DNA of 64,000 nt from a virus, in the IMG/VR virus record IMGVR_UViG_3300045988_182393, positions 1-64,000 of that record. One strand, given 5' to 3'. The notes under the pieces were generated by a model. The model made no database searches. It saw nothing but the letters and a program-made list of their open reading frames with translations, and had not been told where the DNA came from. Below are positions 18,268 through 28,207 of this stretch, piece after piece; the stretch's first letter is position 1; every line of letters begins with the position of its first letter. A program made the translations under genes and the position numbers.

Positions 18268-19962
18268 GTGACAAAAAAGAACATTTTCCCTGTAGTTGCA
18301 ACCATTGCTGTGGTAGGCGTTGTTCTCGGAGTATTTTCGATGACGGTGATGAGGGACTCAAACGTCAGCATTAGTACAATGACGTCCGAGCAGGCATATG
18401 CCAACTTGAGCAGCAAGATGAAGCGCATCGGCGTGCAGGAGGTCAAGGTCAATCCTCAGCAGCTAGATGTTTCTGAATTCCTTGATGCAAAGGATGAACT
18501 GCCCGACATTGAATCCTCCTACCCATTCGTGGTCGTAGGAAACGGAGATGTGAACATCGAAATCTTTTCCTCTGGCGAGAAAGCAGCAGAGTCCGGCTCA
18601 GATTCTTTCCTGACCGAAATGGCAAAGAAGTTCAACGCCCAGCACAACAAGACTTCCGGAGACAAGACTATGAGTGTCTCCCTGCGCTCCATTCCGTCCG
18701 GTACGGCGGCTGAGTACATCTCGACGGGAAAGTATCAGCCCGAGTGCTATACCCCCTCAAATACACTCTTTGGCGAGCTGGTGAAGAACGAGGGCGTAGA
18801 ATTGACCGTTGAGGCTGACCGTCTGGTCGGCAATGTGGCGGGTATTCTCGTATCAAAGAAGACAGGGGATATGCTTCGCTCTGAATACGGTGAAGCATCT
18901 GTTTCTTCCGTTCTGAACGCAACCATCGATGGCAAACTCATGATGGGATACTCGAACCCCTACACAAGTGCTACGGGTCTTAATTTTCTGCTTGAGGCTC
19001 TTGCGAGCAGCGGCAGCGATACGATTGTCGATACGGCTGCTGTTGAGAATTTCCAGAAATTTCAAGCGAACGTCCCTCTCGTATCCTTCACGACCCAGCA
19101 GATGGTCCAGTCGGCTGACAAGGGTATCGTGGACGGTGTCGTGATGGAGTACCAGTCTTATCAGAATGACCCGACCTTGCAGCGCAACTACGAATTCATC
19201 CCGTTCGGTGTACGGCACGATAATCCTCTGTATTCCATCGGGAATGTCTCTGCTGAGAAAAAGGAAGTTATTACTGCCTTCGTTTCCTTCTGCGCTCAGA
19301 ACCAGGCGGAGGCGACCAAGGACGGGTTCAATGGTCTTGACGACTATGCTTATACAGGCAAGGCATACGATGGCAACACCATCGCACAGGCTCAGAGTGT
19401 CTGGAAAGAAGAGAAGGACTCAGGCATTCCTATTGTGGCAGAGTTCGTTGTCGATACTTCCGGCTCGATGCGCGGCGAACCCCTGAATGCCCTGAAAACC
19501 GCGATGATAAACACCATCCAGTATATCAATGACGACAACTATATCGGCATCATTGGCTTTGATTCAGATGTCAGGGAATACCTGCCCATTGACCAGTTCT
19601 CTCTGACCCAGAAAACTCTGTATAAGGGTGCCGTGAACTCCCTCGATGCGAACGGCAGCACCGCAATGTACAACGGTCTTTGCGTTGCTATGGACCGCAT
19701 CTACCAGAAATCTCAGGAACTGGGTGGGAATTGCACGCCCATCATCTTTGTGCTCACGGATGGTGACAACAATACCGGATATGGCTTCTCCGATACGAAA
19801 AACATCATTGCCGGTATGGATATCCCCATTTACACCATCAGCTACAACTACGCAGCGGATAGTCTTTCGGAGCTCGCTTCCATCAACGAAGCGGCAGCTA
19901 TCGTCGGCAACAGCGAGGATATCACCTACAAGCTCCGCAACCTGTTCAACGCAGAGATGTAA
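18268..19962 (+). CDS. Membrane-anchored von Willebrand factor A (vWA) domain protein
   Basis: N-terminal TM. C-terminal FVVDTSGSMRGEPL (DxSGS MIDAS)...GSTAMYNGL...IIFVLTDGDNN. Confidence 0.8.
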   Translation: MTKKNIFPVVATIAVVGVVLGVFSMTVMRDSNVSISTMTSEQAYANLSSKMKRIGVQEVKVNPQQLDVSEFLDAKDELPDIESSYPFVVVGNGDVNIEIFSSGEKAAESGSDSFLTEMAKKFNAQHNKTSGDKTMSVSLRSIPSGTAAEYISTGKYQPECYTPSNTLFGELVKNEGVELTVEADRLVGNVAGILVSKKTGDMLRSEYGEASVSSVLNATIDGKLMMGYSNPYTSATGLNFLLEALASSGSDTIVDTAAVENFQKFQANVPLVSFTTQQMVQSADKGIVDGVVMEYQSYQNDPTLQRNYEFIPFGVRHDNPLYSIGNVSAEKKEVITAFVSFCAQNQAEATKDGFNGLDDYAYTGKAYDGNTIAQAQSVWKEEKDSGIPIVAEFVVDTSGSMRGEPLNALKTAMINTIQYINDDNYIGIIGFDSDVREYLPIDQFSLTQKTLYKGAVNSLDANGSTAMYNGLCVAMDRIYQKSQELGGNCTPIIFVLTDGDNNTGYGFSDTKNIIAGMDIPIYTISYNYAADSLSELASINEAAAIVGNSEDITYKLRNLFNAEM

Positions 19963-20234
19963 CTCAAAAGCGCGGTTTTGTCCGCGCAGCTGCTCCAAAA
20001 GACAGCCTCCACGCGGCGAGCAGCGGGAACATGCTGGTCGAAGCGGCACGGCCGTCAGCTACCAGTGCCACTCGATGGATGAGGCGGTCGATATGGTCGC
20101 CGCCTTGTACAATGGCAGAAAAAACAGAAGCAGCGCAAGCATAACCATCCTGCAAAAATATATGCCGTTCATCTTTTTGGGTGGACGGCTTTTTGTTTTG
20201 TGAATACAGCGATTCAGTGGCGAAGCGAGCCGAT

Positions 20235-20291
20235 TTTACCAGCAGTTTGATATTCTGCGGCATGATTTCCAGCAGTTTGATACTCTGTGGG
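20235..20291. repeat. Two tandem 27-bp imperfect-palindromic repeats TTTYACCAGCAGTTTGATAYTCTGYGG
   Basis: 20235-20260 and 20265-20291. A third copy lies at 27046-27072. Each is CCAGCAG-N9-CTGCGG-like. Confidence 0.6.
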
Positions 20292-20664
20292 CAGTTGCAC
20301 AGCCGTGCAAATTGCATACAATGGGAATTGGAGAACAAAAAAAGCGATGCAAGGATGTATTTGTAATAAATGTGGCGGCTGTTTTTGGTATTCGCGAAAC
20401 AACACGAAATTAAACGAAACGCGAAGAGGATACAAGAAAAGACGAATGAAATCCGGCTGAGGCGGATAATACTTGTGCCGAGTAGTTTAAAGTCCGGACA
20501 ATGGGACAGCTAAAGTGGTAAAATGAAACTAGGAATACCTAAAATCAGAGTTAACCGAAAAAACAAAAACCATGAATGAATAATTGGTTGCTAAAAAGTA
20601 ACCGCTCGCTTTTATACCCAAACCAACAAATGACCCAAATCTGTTTAGGAAGGATAGATACAAA

Positions 20665-22830
20665 ATGGCAAGAAGGAAAACAAACGACTTGGAAAATCAG
20701 ATGTCGCTCATGGACATGATGGCATCGGAAAGCCCCGAATATACCGAAGAAGGCCCGGAAGAACTCTTGGACCCCGGCGAGGACATGGGGGACAGTGAAG
20801 GGCAGACGGATAAGCCCTTCAAACTCGTGGCGAACAAGACCACGAAGGCAAAGGTGAGCATCTCCACGCAGGCGCTGAATGTTGTGAAGGCGGTATATGC
20901 TGATACGGTCGAAACGAATTGGGAAGAGTTGTTTGACGGGTTCGACAGACTCTATGCTATCACTTTTTCGTCCGGTATCGAGTTCGTGAATAAGGTCATC
21001 AACAAGTTCTCGTATGCGGAAGTCGTGTTCGGATGCGAGAAAATCATCGCCAACGACATTGCTGCCATCATGTCGGTGCAAATCGACAGCGTGCAGCGGC
21101 TCGCTAAGTCTAAGTCGGCAGGGAACCTTGCGAACCGCCTCAATGACGGGTCCTTGCAGCTGTATGTATCGCGAGACACGAAATCGCACGAGAAAATCTT
21201 TATCTTGGAGAGCGCTGACCATAAGCGCGTCCGAGTCATCACCGGCAGTGCGAATATGTCGGCATCGGCGTTTTGCGGCATTCAGCGAGAGAATATCGTC
21301 TGCTTCGATGACGAGGCGGCATTTTCGCATTACAAGGTTCTGTTCGAGACCTTCCAGGAGACCTGCTCCGACAATGTCTCCTATAAGGCAGTCGTGAACA
21401 CCATGAACCAGGAAGATTATCTGAAAGAGAACATCAAAGAAGTGCCCGTCTTTCAGGCTATTGAAAAGCAGAAGCTTGTCTTTCTGGAACAGGCACAGCC
21501 TGAGGATGAGGTCGAATACGAGATAGCTGCCGATGTCAAGAAAATGCAGGAACTCGTCAAGCCAATCATGCCTAAGATGCCGGTACAGGCGAATCGTATT
21601 GTAGTGGCAGCGGAACCGATGCGCGTTTTCGGGAAACGATATACCGAGGTGCGGCGTGTGGCAGCTGAGGCAGTTAAGCAGCTCCCGAAATTACATATCG
21701 ACTATGATGCCGGGACCATGACCTTCAACGACGAGAATATCGACCTCAATCCGAATCTCAGCGAGGTGGCAAAGAACATCAAGAGCATCCAGAAGTTCTT
21801 CTTAGGCATGGACTACTTTTACGGCGATGTCGAACAGGCCAAGAAGGACTACTTCAAGTACATGACCTGGTATCTGGCTACTCCGTTCATGGCGTATCTG
21901 CGGTATTTCGCATCGAGGAACAACTACGATACGAAGCTGTTCCCGATGTACGGCGTTATATACGGCGACTCAAACGGCGGCAAGACGACCTTTATAAAAT
22001 TTCTTGTCAAACTCATGTGCGGTGAGACCGTTAAGATGAACACGACGGAGGATTTCACAGCCACAAGAATCGACGGCCTCAAACGAGTTTGTGAGGGACT
22101 GCCGCTGAACATCGACGACCTCGCCAAGACCCAGTTTCAGAACCATTCAGAACGGGTAATCAAGAACGATGAATGGGGTATCTCGGACAGGCTCGTGAAC
22201 TATCCTGCTGTATCTATCACATCGAATAAAATTACCTCGCTGACAAAAGACCTCTCGAAACGTGCTATCATCTGTCGAATTGGTGCTAAAATCGACAACG
22301 AGCGCGGTGCCAAAAACTCGAAGCGTGTGAATGAGAGTATGTCGGAGCTGACAACCGCGTTCTATGGCGAATATGTCCGCCGAATGCTTGTTTGCATCGA
22401 TGAGATGACGACGGAAATGCGTGAAAATGCGAATGGCAAGGAATACTTCCCGGATATCTTCCACGCTTCGTCTAGTGTCATTGCAGATATCTTCGAGGCA
22501 TGCGGAATCGATTTGCCGGACTATGTGCGTATCCTGTACTATAACGACTATATGGGTGATGAGAGCATTGGTCGTGCTGCAATTGAGAAAATCGAACTGG
22601 CATGGCAGGCTGACCCGAGCAAGTTCCGGGTTGATAAGAAGCAGAACAGGCTCATTTACTCCTATCCGCCGGATGGACCGTGGTACGAACTGAAATACAT
22701 TGCAGATGAGCTGCCGAACTCCCTCGAAGCAGAGATTTCTGGCGGCAACCAGCTTATCATGAACTACGAGCAGGCACAGGAATTGTTCGGCATCAAGTTT
22801 CGGCGCTGGCTGGGCATCTTTAACCTCTAA
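20665..22830 (+). CDS. PLD-like (single HKD) nuclease domain fused to an SF3 (D5/P4-type) helicase
   Basis: SHEKIFILESADHKRVRVITGSANMS (HxK...GSxN). C-terminus YGDSNGGKTT (Walker A), LPLNIDD (B), VSITSNK (motif C). Confidence 0.6.
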   Translation: MARRKTNDLENQMSLMDMMASESPEYTEEGPEELLDPGEDMGDSEGQTDKPFKLVANKTTKAKVSISTQALNVVKAVYADTVETNWEELFDGFDRLYAITFSSGIEFVNKVINKFSYAEVVFGCEKIIANDIAAIMSVQIDSVQRLAKSKSAGNLANRLNDGSLQLYVSRDTKSHEKIFILESADHKRVRVITGSANMSASAFCGIQRENIVCFDDEAAFSHYKVLFETFQETCSDNVSYKAVVNTMNQEDYLKENIKEVPVFQAIEKQKLVFLEQAQPEDEVEYEIAADVKKMQELVKPIMPKMPVQANRIVVAAEPMRVFGKRYTEVRRVAAEAVKQLPKLHIDYDAGTMTFNDENIDLNPNLSEVAKNIKSIQKFFLGMDYFYGDVEQAKKDYFKYMTWYLATPFMAYLRYFASRNNYDTKLFPMYGVIYGDSNGGKTTFIKFLVKLMCGETVKMNTTEDFTATRIDGLKRVCEGLPLNIDDLAKTQFQNHSERVIKNDEWGISDRLVNYPAVSITSNKITSLTKDLSKRAIICRIGAKIDNERGAKNSKRVNESMSELTTAFYGEYVRRMLVCIDEMTTEMRENANGKEYFPDIFHASSSVIADIFEACGIDLPDYVRILYYNDYMGDESIGRAAIEKIELAWQADPSKFRVDKKQNRLIYSYPPDGPWYELKYIADELPNSLEAEISGGNQLIMNYEQAQELFGIKFRRWLGIFNL

Positions 22831-22836
22831 TATGCA

Positions 22837-22872
22837 TGGCAGGTTCTTTTCGGAGCCTGCCTTCTTATTTCA
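22837..22872 (+). terminator. Rho-independent terminator
   Basis: ggcagg-ttcttttcggag-cctgcc then ttcttattt. Confidence 0.6.
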
Positions 22873-22891
22873 CAAAAATAGTTGCCCATTT

Positions 22892-22909
22892 GTGCGAATT
22901 GCAGACAAT
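22892..22909 (+). promoter_or_regulatory. Conserved promoter box GTGCGAA-N5-GACAAT
   Basis: tgtgcgaa ttgca gacaat. Confidence 0.55.
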
Positions 22910-22993
22910 CAGAAATAAAGCGTAAAGCAAAGGAGCTGAGTACCATCTCAAAATTTGCAAGCAAAAAGTTGATTGAGCGAAATTGCAATATCA

Positions 22994-23436
22994 TGAAAGA
23001 CTACGGCAACGGCTATTCCATTGAGGAGCTTGCCGCAAAATACAGGTTGAGCGTCCGTACATGCTATCGAGCGTTAGACGACGCGAAACAGGAGGCCAGA
23101 ATTCAGTTGGCGCAGGTAGAGGATGCTAGAAAGGCCGAAATTCTTGCGGCATACAAGAACAGTGTCCCTCTCAAGGAAATGATTGCGAAATTTAACGTGG
23201 CAGAAGGATATTGCAGCATGGTTGCCAACGATGCGGGCCTGACTGAAAACCGTAGAAATGAGCGCATCAAAATTCGGCAAAAACCCCGCAATGAGAATAT
23301 CTTTCGAGAATACGAGAGTGGCGTGCCGGTGCAGAAACTATCCGAAAAATATCAGCTCTCGGTTCCGGGCATTTACAAAGTGATTCAAAGAGTCAGAAAG
23401 CAGAAGGAGGCGATGGAGTTTTGCAATGGATTGTGA
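22994..23436 (+). CDS. Tandem-HTH-repeat DNA-binding protein (3 resolvase/sigma-region-4-like HTH modules)
   Basis: Repeats YSIEELAAKYRLSVRTCYRAL / VPLKEMIAKFNVAEGYCSMV / VPVQKLSEKYQLSVPGIYKVI. Start inferred at the first in-frame ATG. Confidence 0.55.
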
Positions 23437-24059
23437 AGCAAACCAAATCGAAAGGATATGAGTTCACCTTCGATATCGTGAAAGGCAAGGCCGTTATCGG
23501 GCAGGCACACTATATCCCGAAATTGCTACGGCAGGGTTATGGCATCCGGCTGAATGATTCCAAGTTCCTGCTGCAATACATGCCAGCTGCTGACGCAAGG
23601 GCGTACATGCGCGGCATCAACACGAAAGATATTCTGAGACACCCTTTTGCTATCCGTGAGAACAACTGCACGGTAGGCGAAATTTCCGTCATCCATACAA
23701 AAACCGGATTCCTCCAAGGATACAATTCTATCGCCATGCAGCTGTATGGCGAGGAATACCAGAGCTACAAAATTGGCTTTGGAAAAGAAGGAGTATGCTG
23801 CCCTGTATTCCTTTGCGGACAGCAAATCGCCCAAATCAATAAGAGCGCGGTGGTCAAGGATAATCTGGATGAATACCTGATTTACGCAGTGAATGAAAAG
23901 GCACTGATGCCGTCCGTCATGTTCGCCATTTATATTGATGGAATATACTACGCAAACCGAGGCATGTATGTGGATGACGCAACGACTATCAACTGCGAAT
24001 ACAGCTTGAACGAGGAAGTCCTGTCCCACTACGACCCGAATTTTGTCAAAGGGCTATAA
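23421..24059 (+). CDS. hypothetical protein
   Basis: 212-aa ORF with TTG start. RBS gaaggagg 9 nt upstream. Confidence 0.5.
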   Translation: MQWIVKQTKSKGYEFTFDIVKGKAVIGQAHYIPKLLRQGYGIRLNDSKFLLQYMPAADARAYMRGINTKDILRHPFAIRENNCTVGEISVIHTKTGFLQGYNSIAMQLYGEEYQSYKIGFGKEGVCCPVFLCGQQIAQINKSAVVKDNLDEYLIYAVNEKALMPSVMFAIYIDGIYYANRGMYVDDATTINCEYSLNEEVLSHYDPNFVKGL

Positions 24060-24102
24060 CTCCGATAACTGGTATTCACAGACAATATCATGTTGCGAAA
24101 CT

Positions 24103-24120
24103 GTGCGAATTGCAGACAAT
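24103..24120 (+). promoter_or_regulatory. Conserved promoter box GTGCGAA-N5-GACAAT
   Basis: ctgtgcgaa ttgca gacaat upstream of 24160. Confidence 0.55.
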
Positions 24121-24159
24121 TAAAAGTGAATGAATTACAAAAGCTACAGAGGATAAACA

Positions 24160-24759
24160 ATGAGCTATGAACCCATTATCACACCGGGCAGGAATTTCTT
24201 TCTTGTCTCGACGGAGTACAAAGAGAGCTGCTCTGCCTGGTGCCGCAAGCAAATTAGAGCGACACTGAGGACCTGTCAGGGACGAGTCATCATCATTGAT
24301 GCAACGGGCGAGTACGCGGACTTGGCGCTTGAACATGACAGATTGATTCGAGAGAAAATCCCGTCCATCATTTATCGGTATAAGCTGGTGGACGGGAAAC
24401 CGTATATTGCTCATGTCATTGAAGTTGATACGGAAGCAAATGAAGCACCGCACCTGATTGTATACGATATCAGCCGGACCATAATCACCAGCTGGAAGGT
24501 CGGCGTGGAGGCAATTGATAAAATCCTGCAATCCTATGCCGTGATGCAGGACAGTGAAATCGCGTGGCTGTATGTTCCGCTGGACTTATATACCAATGTC
24601 AAGCCCGAAAGCGAATCCTGGAACATTTTGGAACGAACTATCAAGGGTAATGAAGGCAAGCTCATGACAGTACTGACGACTCGCAAATTCACCATTGGGA
24701 TGGTCCAGCGCTGTTTACATATGGCAAAAATCAAAAATAATTTGGAGGATAACAAATGA
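24160..24759 (+). CDS. hypothetical protein
   Basis: 199-aa ORF. Stop overlaps the next start. Confidence 0.5.
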   Translation: MSYEPIITPGRNFFLVSTEYKESCSAWCRKQIRATLRTCQGRVIIIDATGEYADLALEHDRLIREKIPSIIYRYKLVDGKPYIAHVIEVDTEANEAPHLIVYDISRTIITSWKVGVEAIDKILQSYAVMQDSEIAWLYVPLDLYTNVKPESESWNILERTIKGNEGKLMTVLTTRKFTIGMVQRCLHMAKIKNNLEDNK

Positions 24760-25643
24760 CCAATGAACAGCTGAGAATCGCATTGACGGCGAATGCCGTT
24801 ACCAAACAAACCCGAAACCATTTTGGGTTCAGTAACCCGTGTGGGAAGACTCTGGAAGAGTACAACAAATCTTCAACGCTTTGCTGTGTGACGGCAGCGC
24901 AGAAAATGAACACGCCGGGTTTTGAGCGTGTTTTGGCTGCGCAGATTTTTCCCTGCTTTACCATTGGCTGCTGGAATCAGACAAAGACGGTCTATGATTT
25001 TGACTACGAGTTTCAGAAAATGCTGATGGATACGGATGACGTGGCAATTCATCAGGATATTCTGCAGCGGCTTCCGATTCGTGATTTCTTTATCCCGGTG
25101 TATGACAGCTACGACTACAACGGTATGTTCGTGCATGTGGAATTTGAAGAGAAAGAGAAGACCACTGCTTTCGGCATCGTTCTTGTCGGCCCGGCCAAAG
25201 GCAGCCATGATGATTTCACGTTCCTGACTCTGCCTGCCTGGGCCAAAGAAAACCAGAGCTTGACGGAAGCAACCCGGAGTACGAAAGAATATCTGGAAAA
25301 GGCAGCAGGGCAGCGGCAAGTGAACGGTATCAGTGTTCCAGCCGTAATGGAAGAAGTGCCTTCGGTCTTCGACGACGGAACGCCTTATGTCCGGCTGGCA
25401 ATCCTGTGCGCCAACTATCTTGCCAGCAAGAACCCAGATGTTCGCCTTGAAACCTCCAAGAAGCGTGACCGCCCGGTTTTTGTATTCCAGGGAAAAGCAC
25501 AACGCATCAACATTAAACCGTATACCGTTGGTGAGAATGCAGCCAAAGAATACAAAAAGAATGGGGAAGGCAAAACTCCCCGCTGGCGGCATTACTGGTG
25601 CGGCAATGGCCGGGAACGTCGGGAATGCAAATTCATCTATTGA
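24756..25643 (+). CDS. hypothetical protein
   Basis: 295-aa ORF, translationally coupled to the previous gene. Confidence 0.5.
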   Translation: MTNEQLRIALTANAVTKQTRNHFGFSNPCGKTLEEYNKSSTLCCVTAAQKMNTPGFERVLAAQIFPCFTIGCWNQTKTVYDFDYEFQKMLMDTDDVAIHQDILQRLPIRDFFIPVYDSYDYNGMFVHVEFEEKEKTTAFGIVLVGPAKGSHDDFTFLTLPAWAKENQSLTEATRSTKEYLEKAAGQRQVNGISVPAVMEEVPSVFDDGTPYVRLAILCANYLASKNPDVRLETSKKRDRPVFVFQGKAQRINIKPYTVGENAAKEYKKNGEGKTPRWRHYWCGNGRERRECKFIY

Positions 25644-25654
25644 TGAACTATGAA

Positions 25655-25700
25655 GAGCGCACGCCCCGTCTATAGCCGTAAGGCTTAGGCGGGGTTGGCA
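25655..25700 (+). ncRNA. Structured RNA module copy R1 (GTAA-tetraloop nested hairpin)
   Basis: ccccgtcta-t-agcc-GTAA-ggct-tag-gcgggg. Covaries with R2 and R3. Confidence 0.4.
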
Positions 25701-25719
25701 GAAGAAACTATCTGAACGG

Positions 25720-25920
25720 ATGGCACATCTCAGCAGCGGAGAAGTGGTTCAGCGTGACCTGTATTCCGCTTTTCTGCTTGAACATATAGATACAGAAACC
25801 CTGAAATACGATATCGAAGCTCTTAAAGCTGCTTTTCCTGCATTTTTGAAGATGCATGAAAATACAAAAAAGCGCCTGCAGGAAGCTGAAAGCTATCTTC
25901 CTGCAAGCGTTGGATTCTAA
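25720..25920 (+). CDS. small hypothetical protein
   Basis: 66-aa ORF. Confidence 0.3.
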   Translation: MAHLSSGEVVQRDLYSAFLLEHIDTETLKYDIEALKAAFPAFLKMHENTKKRLQEAESYLPASVGF

Positions 25921-25929
25921 AAATAATAG

Positions 25930-26268
25930 TTTTCCGGGGGTCTCGACACGTCCCTCGTAAGAGAGCTGCCCCGTAAGGGGTGAAACTTCACAGGAGGATG
26001 CACTCAAAAAGCTGGGAACGCAGACAAGTGTGTTGGTCAACCTGCAAAGGCTGGATACTCATGGAAAGCCACACCCGTGGCTTTTTGTGGGAAACCGCAT
26101 AACTCGCTACCTGGCATGCTGCATGGTGATGAGCCTTGCAGCTGCCGCCCAGGAATCCCACGATTTCAATCGTGGGAGGTGTCAACGTAAGGCTACAACT
26201 CACGGAGAACCCCCATCTACAGCCGTAAGGCTTAGGTGGGGAGGTTCACGGGATGAGGTAAATATCAT
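25930..26268 (+). ncRNA. Highly structured ~340-nt leader containing module copy R2 and multiple GNRA hairpins
   Basis: ctc-GTAA-gag, cccc-GTAA-gggg, gccac-accc-gtggc, cccacga-TTTCAA-tcgtggg, ccccatcta-c-agcc-GTAA-ggct-tagg-tgggg, then RBS and ATG 26269. Confidence 0.4.
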
Positions 26269-26974
26269 GGCTTCCCATACTTATCAGGACCCGATTGGGT
26301 TCTATGAATGGTTCGATGACCTTCCCTATGCTATCCAGGATAGTATTCTGAAACACCTGCCGCATATGGAAGGCGAGGAATGGCTCATTGTCATTATCCT
26401 TGCAGCTCTTCTTCTGATGATTCTGGTTTCAGCGTATCTGGGCTTTGCAAGACATAATGTCAAAAAAACGAGTGAACGACTCAACGCTTTGAAAGAGCTG
26501 AACAACACGACTGAATTCATGCCGGTCGAGGCGCAGTACCGCTACTATCTACGTTCTGATACGAAGCCGGAATACGAGGAGTTCTCGCTCCCGAAATTCT
26601 TCCGCCGCGAAGTGAGAGAAAACTTTAAGCTGTTCAACACTCTTCTTGGCAATGCTCGGGCAAACACGGTATTGTATGAAACATACGGCCGCGAAATCCA
26701 GGAACTCCCGGATTGGACAGAATCGGATGACGATTGCGGGCGGCATATCCCGTTCTTTCTCTACCACAACATCGAGAAAGAGTTGTACGATGAAACTGTC
26801 CTGGACTGCCCTGTAACGAGCCCTGAGTTTGTCTGTACGAAAAGCTATCTGCCCAAAGATGCCAAAGAGCCGATTGAGACGGAAGAGACCTATACACTGG
26901 AGGAACTGGAAGAGTACATACGCCGCTTGAAGGTTGCAGCCGAGGTTAAGAAAAGCGGCCAGAGTGCAAGCTGA
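26269..26974 (+). CDS. Membrane-anchored hypothetical protein
   Basis: Start with RBS ggatgagg. TM WLIVIILAALLLMILVSAYLGF. Confidence 0.5.
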
Positions 26975-27045
26975 AAAAAGTCAGCAGCCATAAGCAAGAG
27001 GCAGGGCCCTGTGTTTCATGGTTCCAGAACGTCTTCCCACCTTAA

Positions 27046-27072
27046 TTTTACCAGTACTTTGATATTTTGTGG
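27046..27072. repeat. Third copy of the 27-bp TTTTACCAGYASTTTGATAT..TGYGG repeat
   Basis: ttttaccagtactttgatattttgtgg. Confidence 0.5.
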
Positions 27073-27122
27073 TTATTGACAAACGGCGCAAAAGGTGCTT
27101 GAGTTAAAAGCCATTGCAAAAA

Positions 27123-27140
27123 AGTGCGATATCCATATAA
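27123..27140 (+). promoter_or_regulatory. Conserved promoter box GTGCGAT-N5-TATAAT
   Basis: agtgcgat atcca tataat upstream of 27172. Confidence 0.5.
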
Positions 27141-27171
27141 TAAATTGAAATTCAAAAGGGAGATACACATT

Positions 27172-27780
27172 ATGAGTGAACAGAAAGAAAATGCGCAGCT
27201 CGAAGCTTATCGGAAGCTCGTTGAAGATTTCAAGCGCTTTGTCAGCTCTGAGATTCGGACGGAGGAAAACAGTTACCGAATTGTGGACATGACTTCTGAA
27301 GATGCCGAAATCAATGACCCTAGTGTTCCGGTAACTCAGCTGGAAGACGATAAGGCAGAGAAGCTTGCCGGTATCTGCATGGACCTGTCCAATGCCACGC
27401 TGTGGCTCTACTACAACCGTGACAAATTTGCAAACGTCGAGTTCATGCCCCTGACTGATGAAACTCTGAAAGAATACCAGAAGCAGGCTCAGAATGCTCT
27501 GAATGAGCCGAAGAGCCCTCTGTATCTGAAATCCTGGTATCAGCTCATTGAAATGTTGAGTCAGGAATGTATCCCGCAGCGCTACGAGGACGACGGTCAG
27601 CGATATACAGACGTCTATGTGAACACCTATATGCTCATGTACCTGACCATGACCCGACTCAAGAACGGCGGAACCTTTACACGCCTTGCAAACGGGCAGG
27701 GAAGCGATGCTGTGAAAATCACGACCATCGCAATGTACTACTTCTCCAGCCTTTTGACGGTTCTCTGCACTGAATATTAA
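27172..27780 (+). CDS. hypothetical protein
   Basis: RBS aaagggag. ~202 aa. Confidence 0.5.
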   Translation: MSEQKENAQLEAYRKLVEDFKRFVSSEIRTEENSYRIVDMTSEDAEINDPSVPVTQLEDDKAEKLAGICMDLSNATLWLYYNRDKFANVEFMPLTDETLKEYQKQAQNALNEPKSPLYLKSWYQLIEMLSQECIPQRYEDDGQRYTDVYVNTYMLMYLTMTRLKNGGTFTRLANGQGSDAVKITTIAMYYFSSLLTVLCTEY

Positions 27781-27848
27781 GAAATTTTTTCCCGTGTGAG
27801 CAGCGACGCTCATGCGGGAATTTTTTTGTAATTTTCTATTGTCAATCT

Positions 27849-27866
27849 GTGCGAATTACGTACAAT
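27849..27866 (+). promoter_or_regulatory. Conserved promoter box GTGCGAA-N5-TACAAT
   Basis: ctgtgcgaa ttacg tacaat. Confidence 0.55.
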
Positions 27867-27956
27867 GAAAAATATAAACCAAAAATATATCTTATCGTTG
27901 TCCCGCATGAGTTGTTTGTGCGGGACTTTTTTGTTTGCGGAAAGGAAATGCACTAT

Positions 27957-28152
27957 GTACGGTTTATCAGAAGAAAGCTTAACGATTGTTGGTATTATTT
28001 TGATTGTGGTTGGTGTCGCTATGATTGGTTGGGGATTTGAATGGAATCAGGACATTACCAATGATAAACGGGTCGGAACCGTTGTCAGAGACATTGGCGT
28101 TATGGTTTTGGCAACCGGCATCATATTTGTGATGCAGCGGGCAATAAACTAA
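27957..28152 (+). CDS. small membrane protein (2 TM)
   Basis: RBS aaaggaaatg. IVGIILIVVGVAMIGWGF and VMVLATGIIFVM. Confidence 0.45.
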
Positions 28153-28165
28153 ATTTGGAAAATGT

Positions 28166-28199
28166 AAGGCAGGCTCATTTCGGGCCTGCTTGTTTTTTG
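28166..28199 (+). terminator. Rho-independent terminator
   Basis: ggcaggc-tcatttcgg-gcctgct then tgtttttt. Confidence 0.65.
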
Positions 28200-28207
28200 G
28201 GTGAAAT

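Noticed and set aside
19968-19995. Hairpin gcgcgg-ttttgtc-cgcgc after the vWA gene as a terminator
   Set aside because: Short stem without a following U-run on the + strand. Left unannotated.
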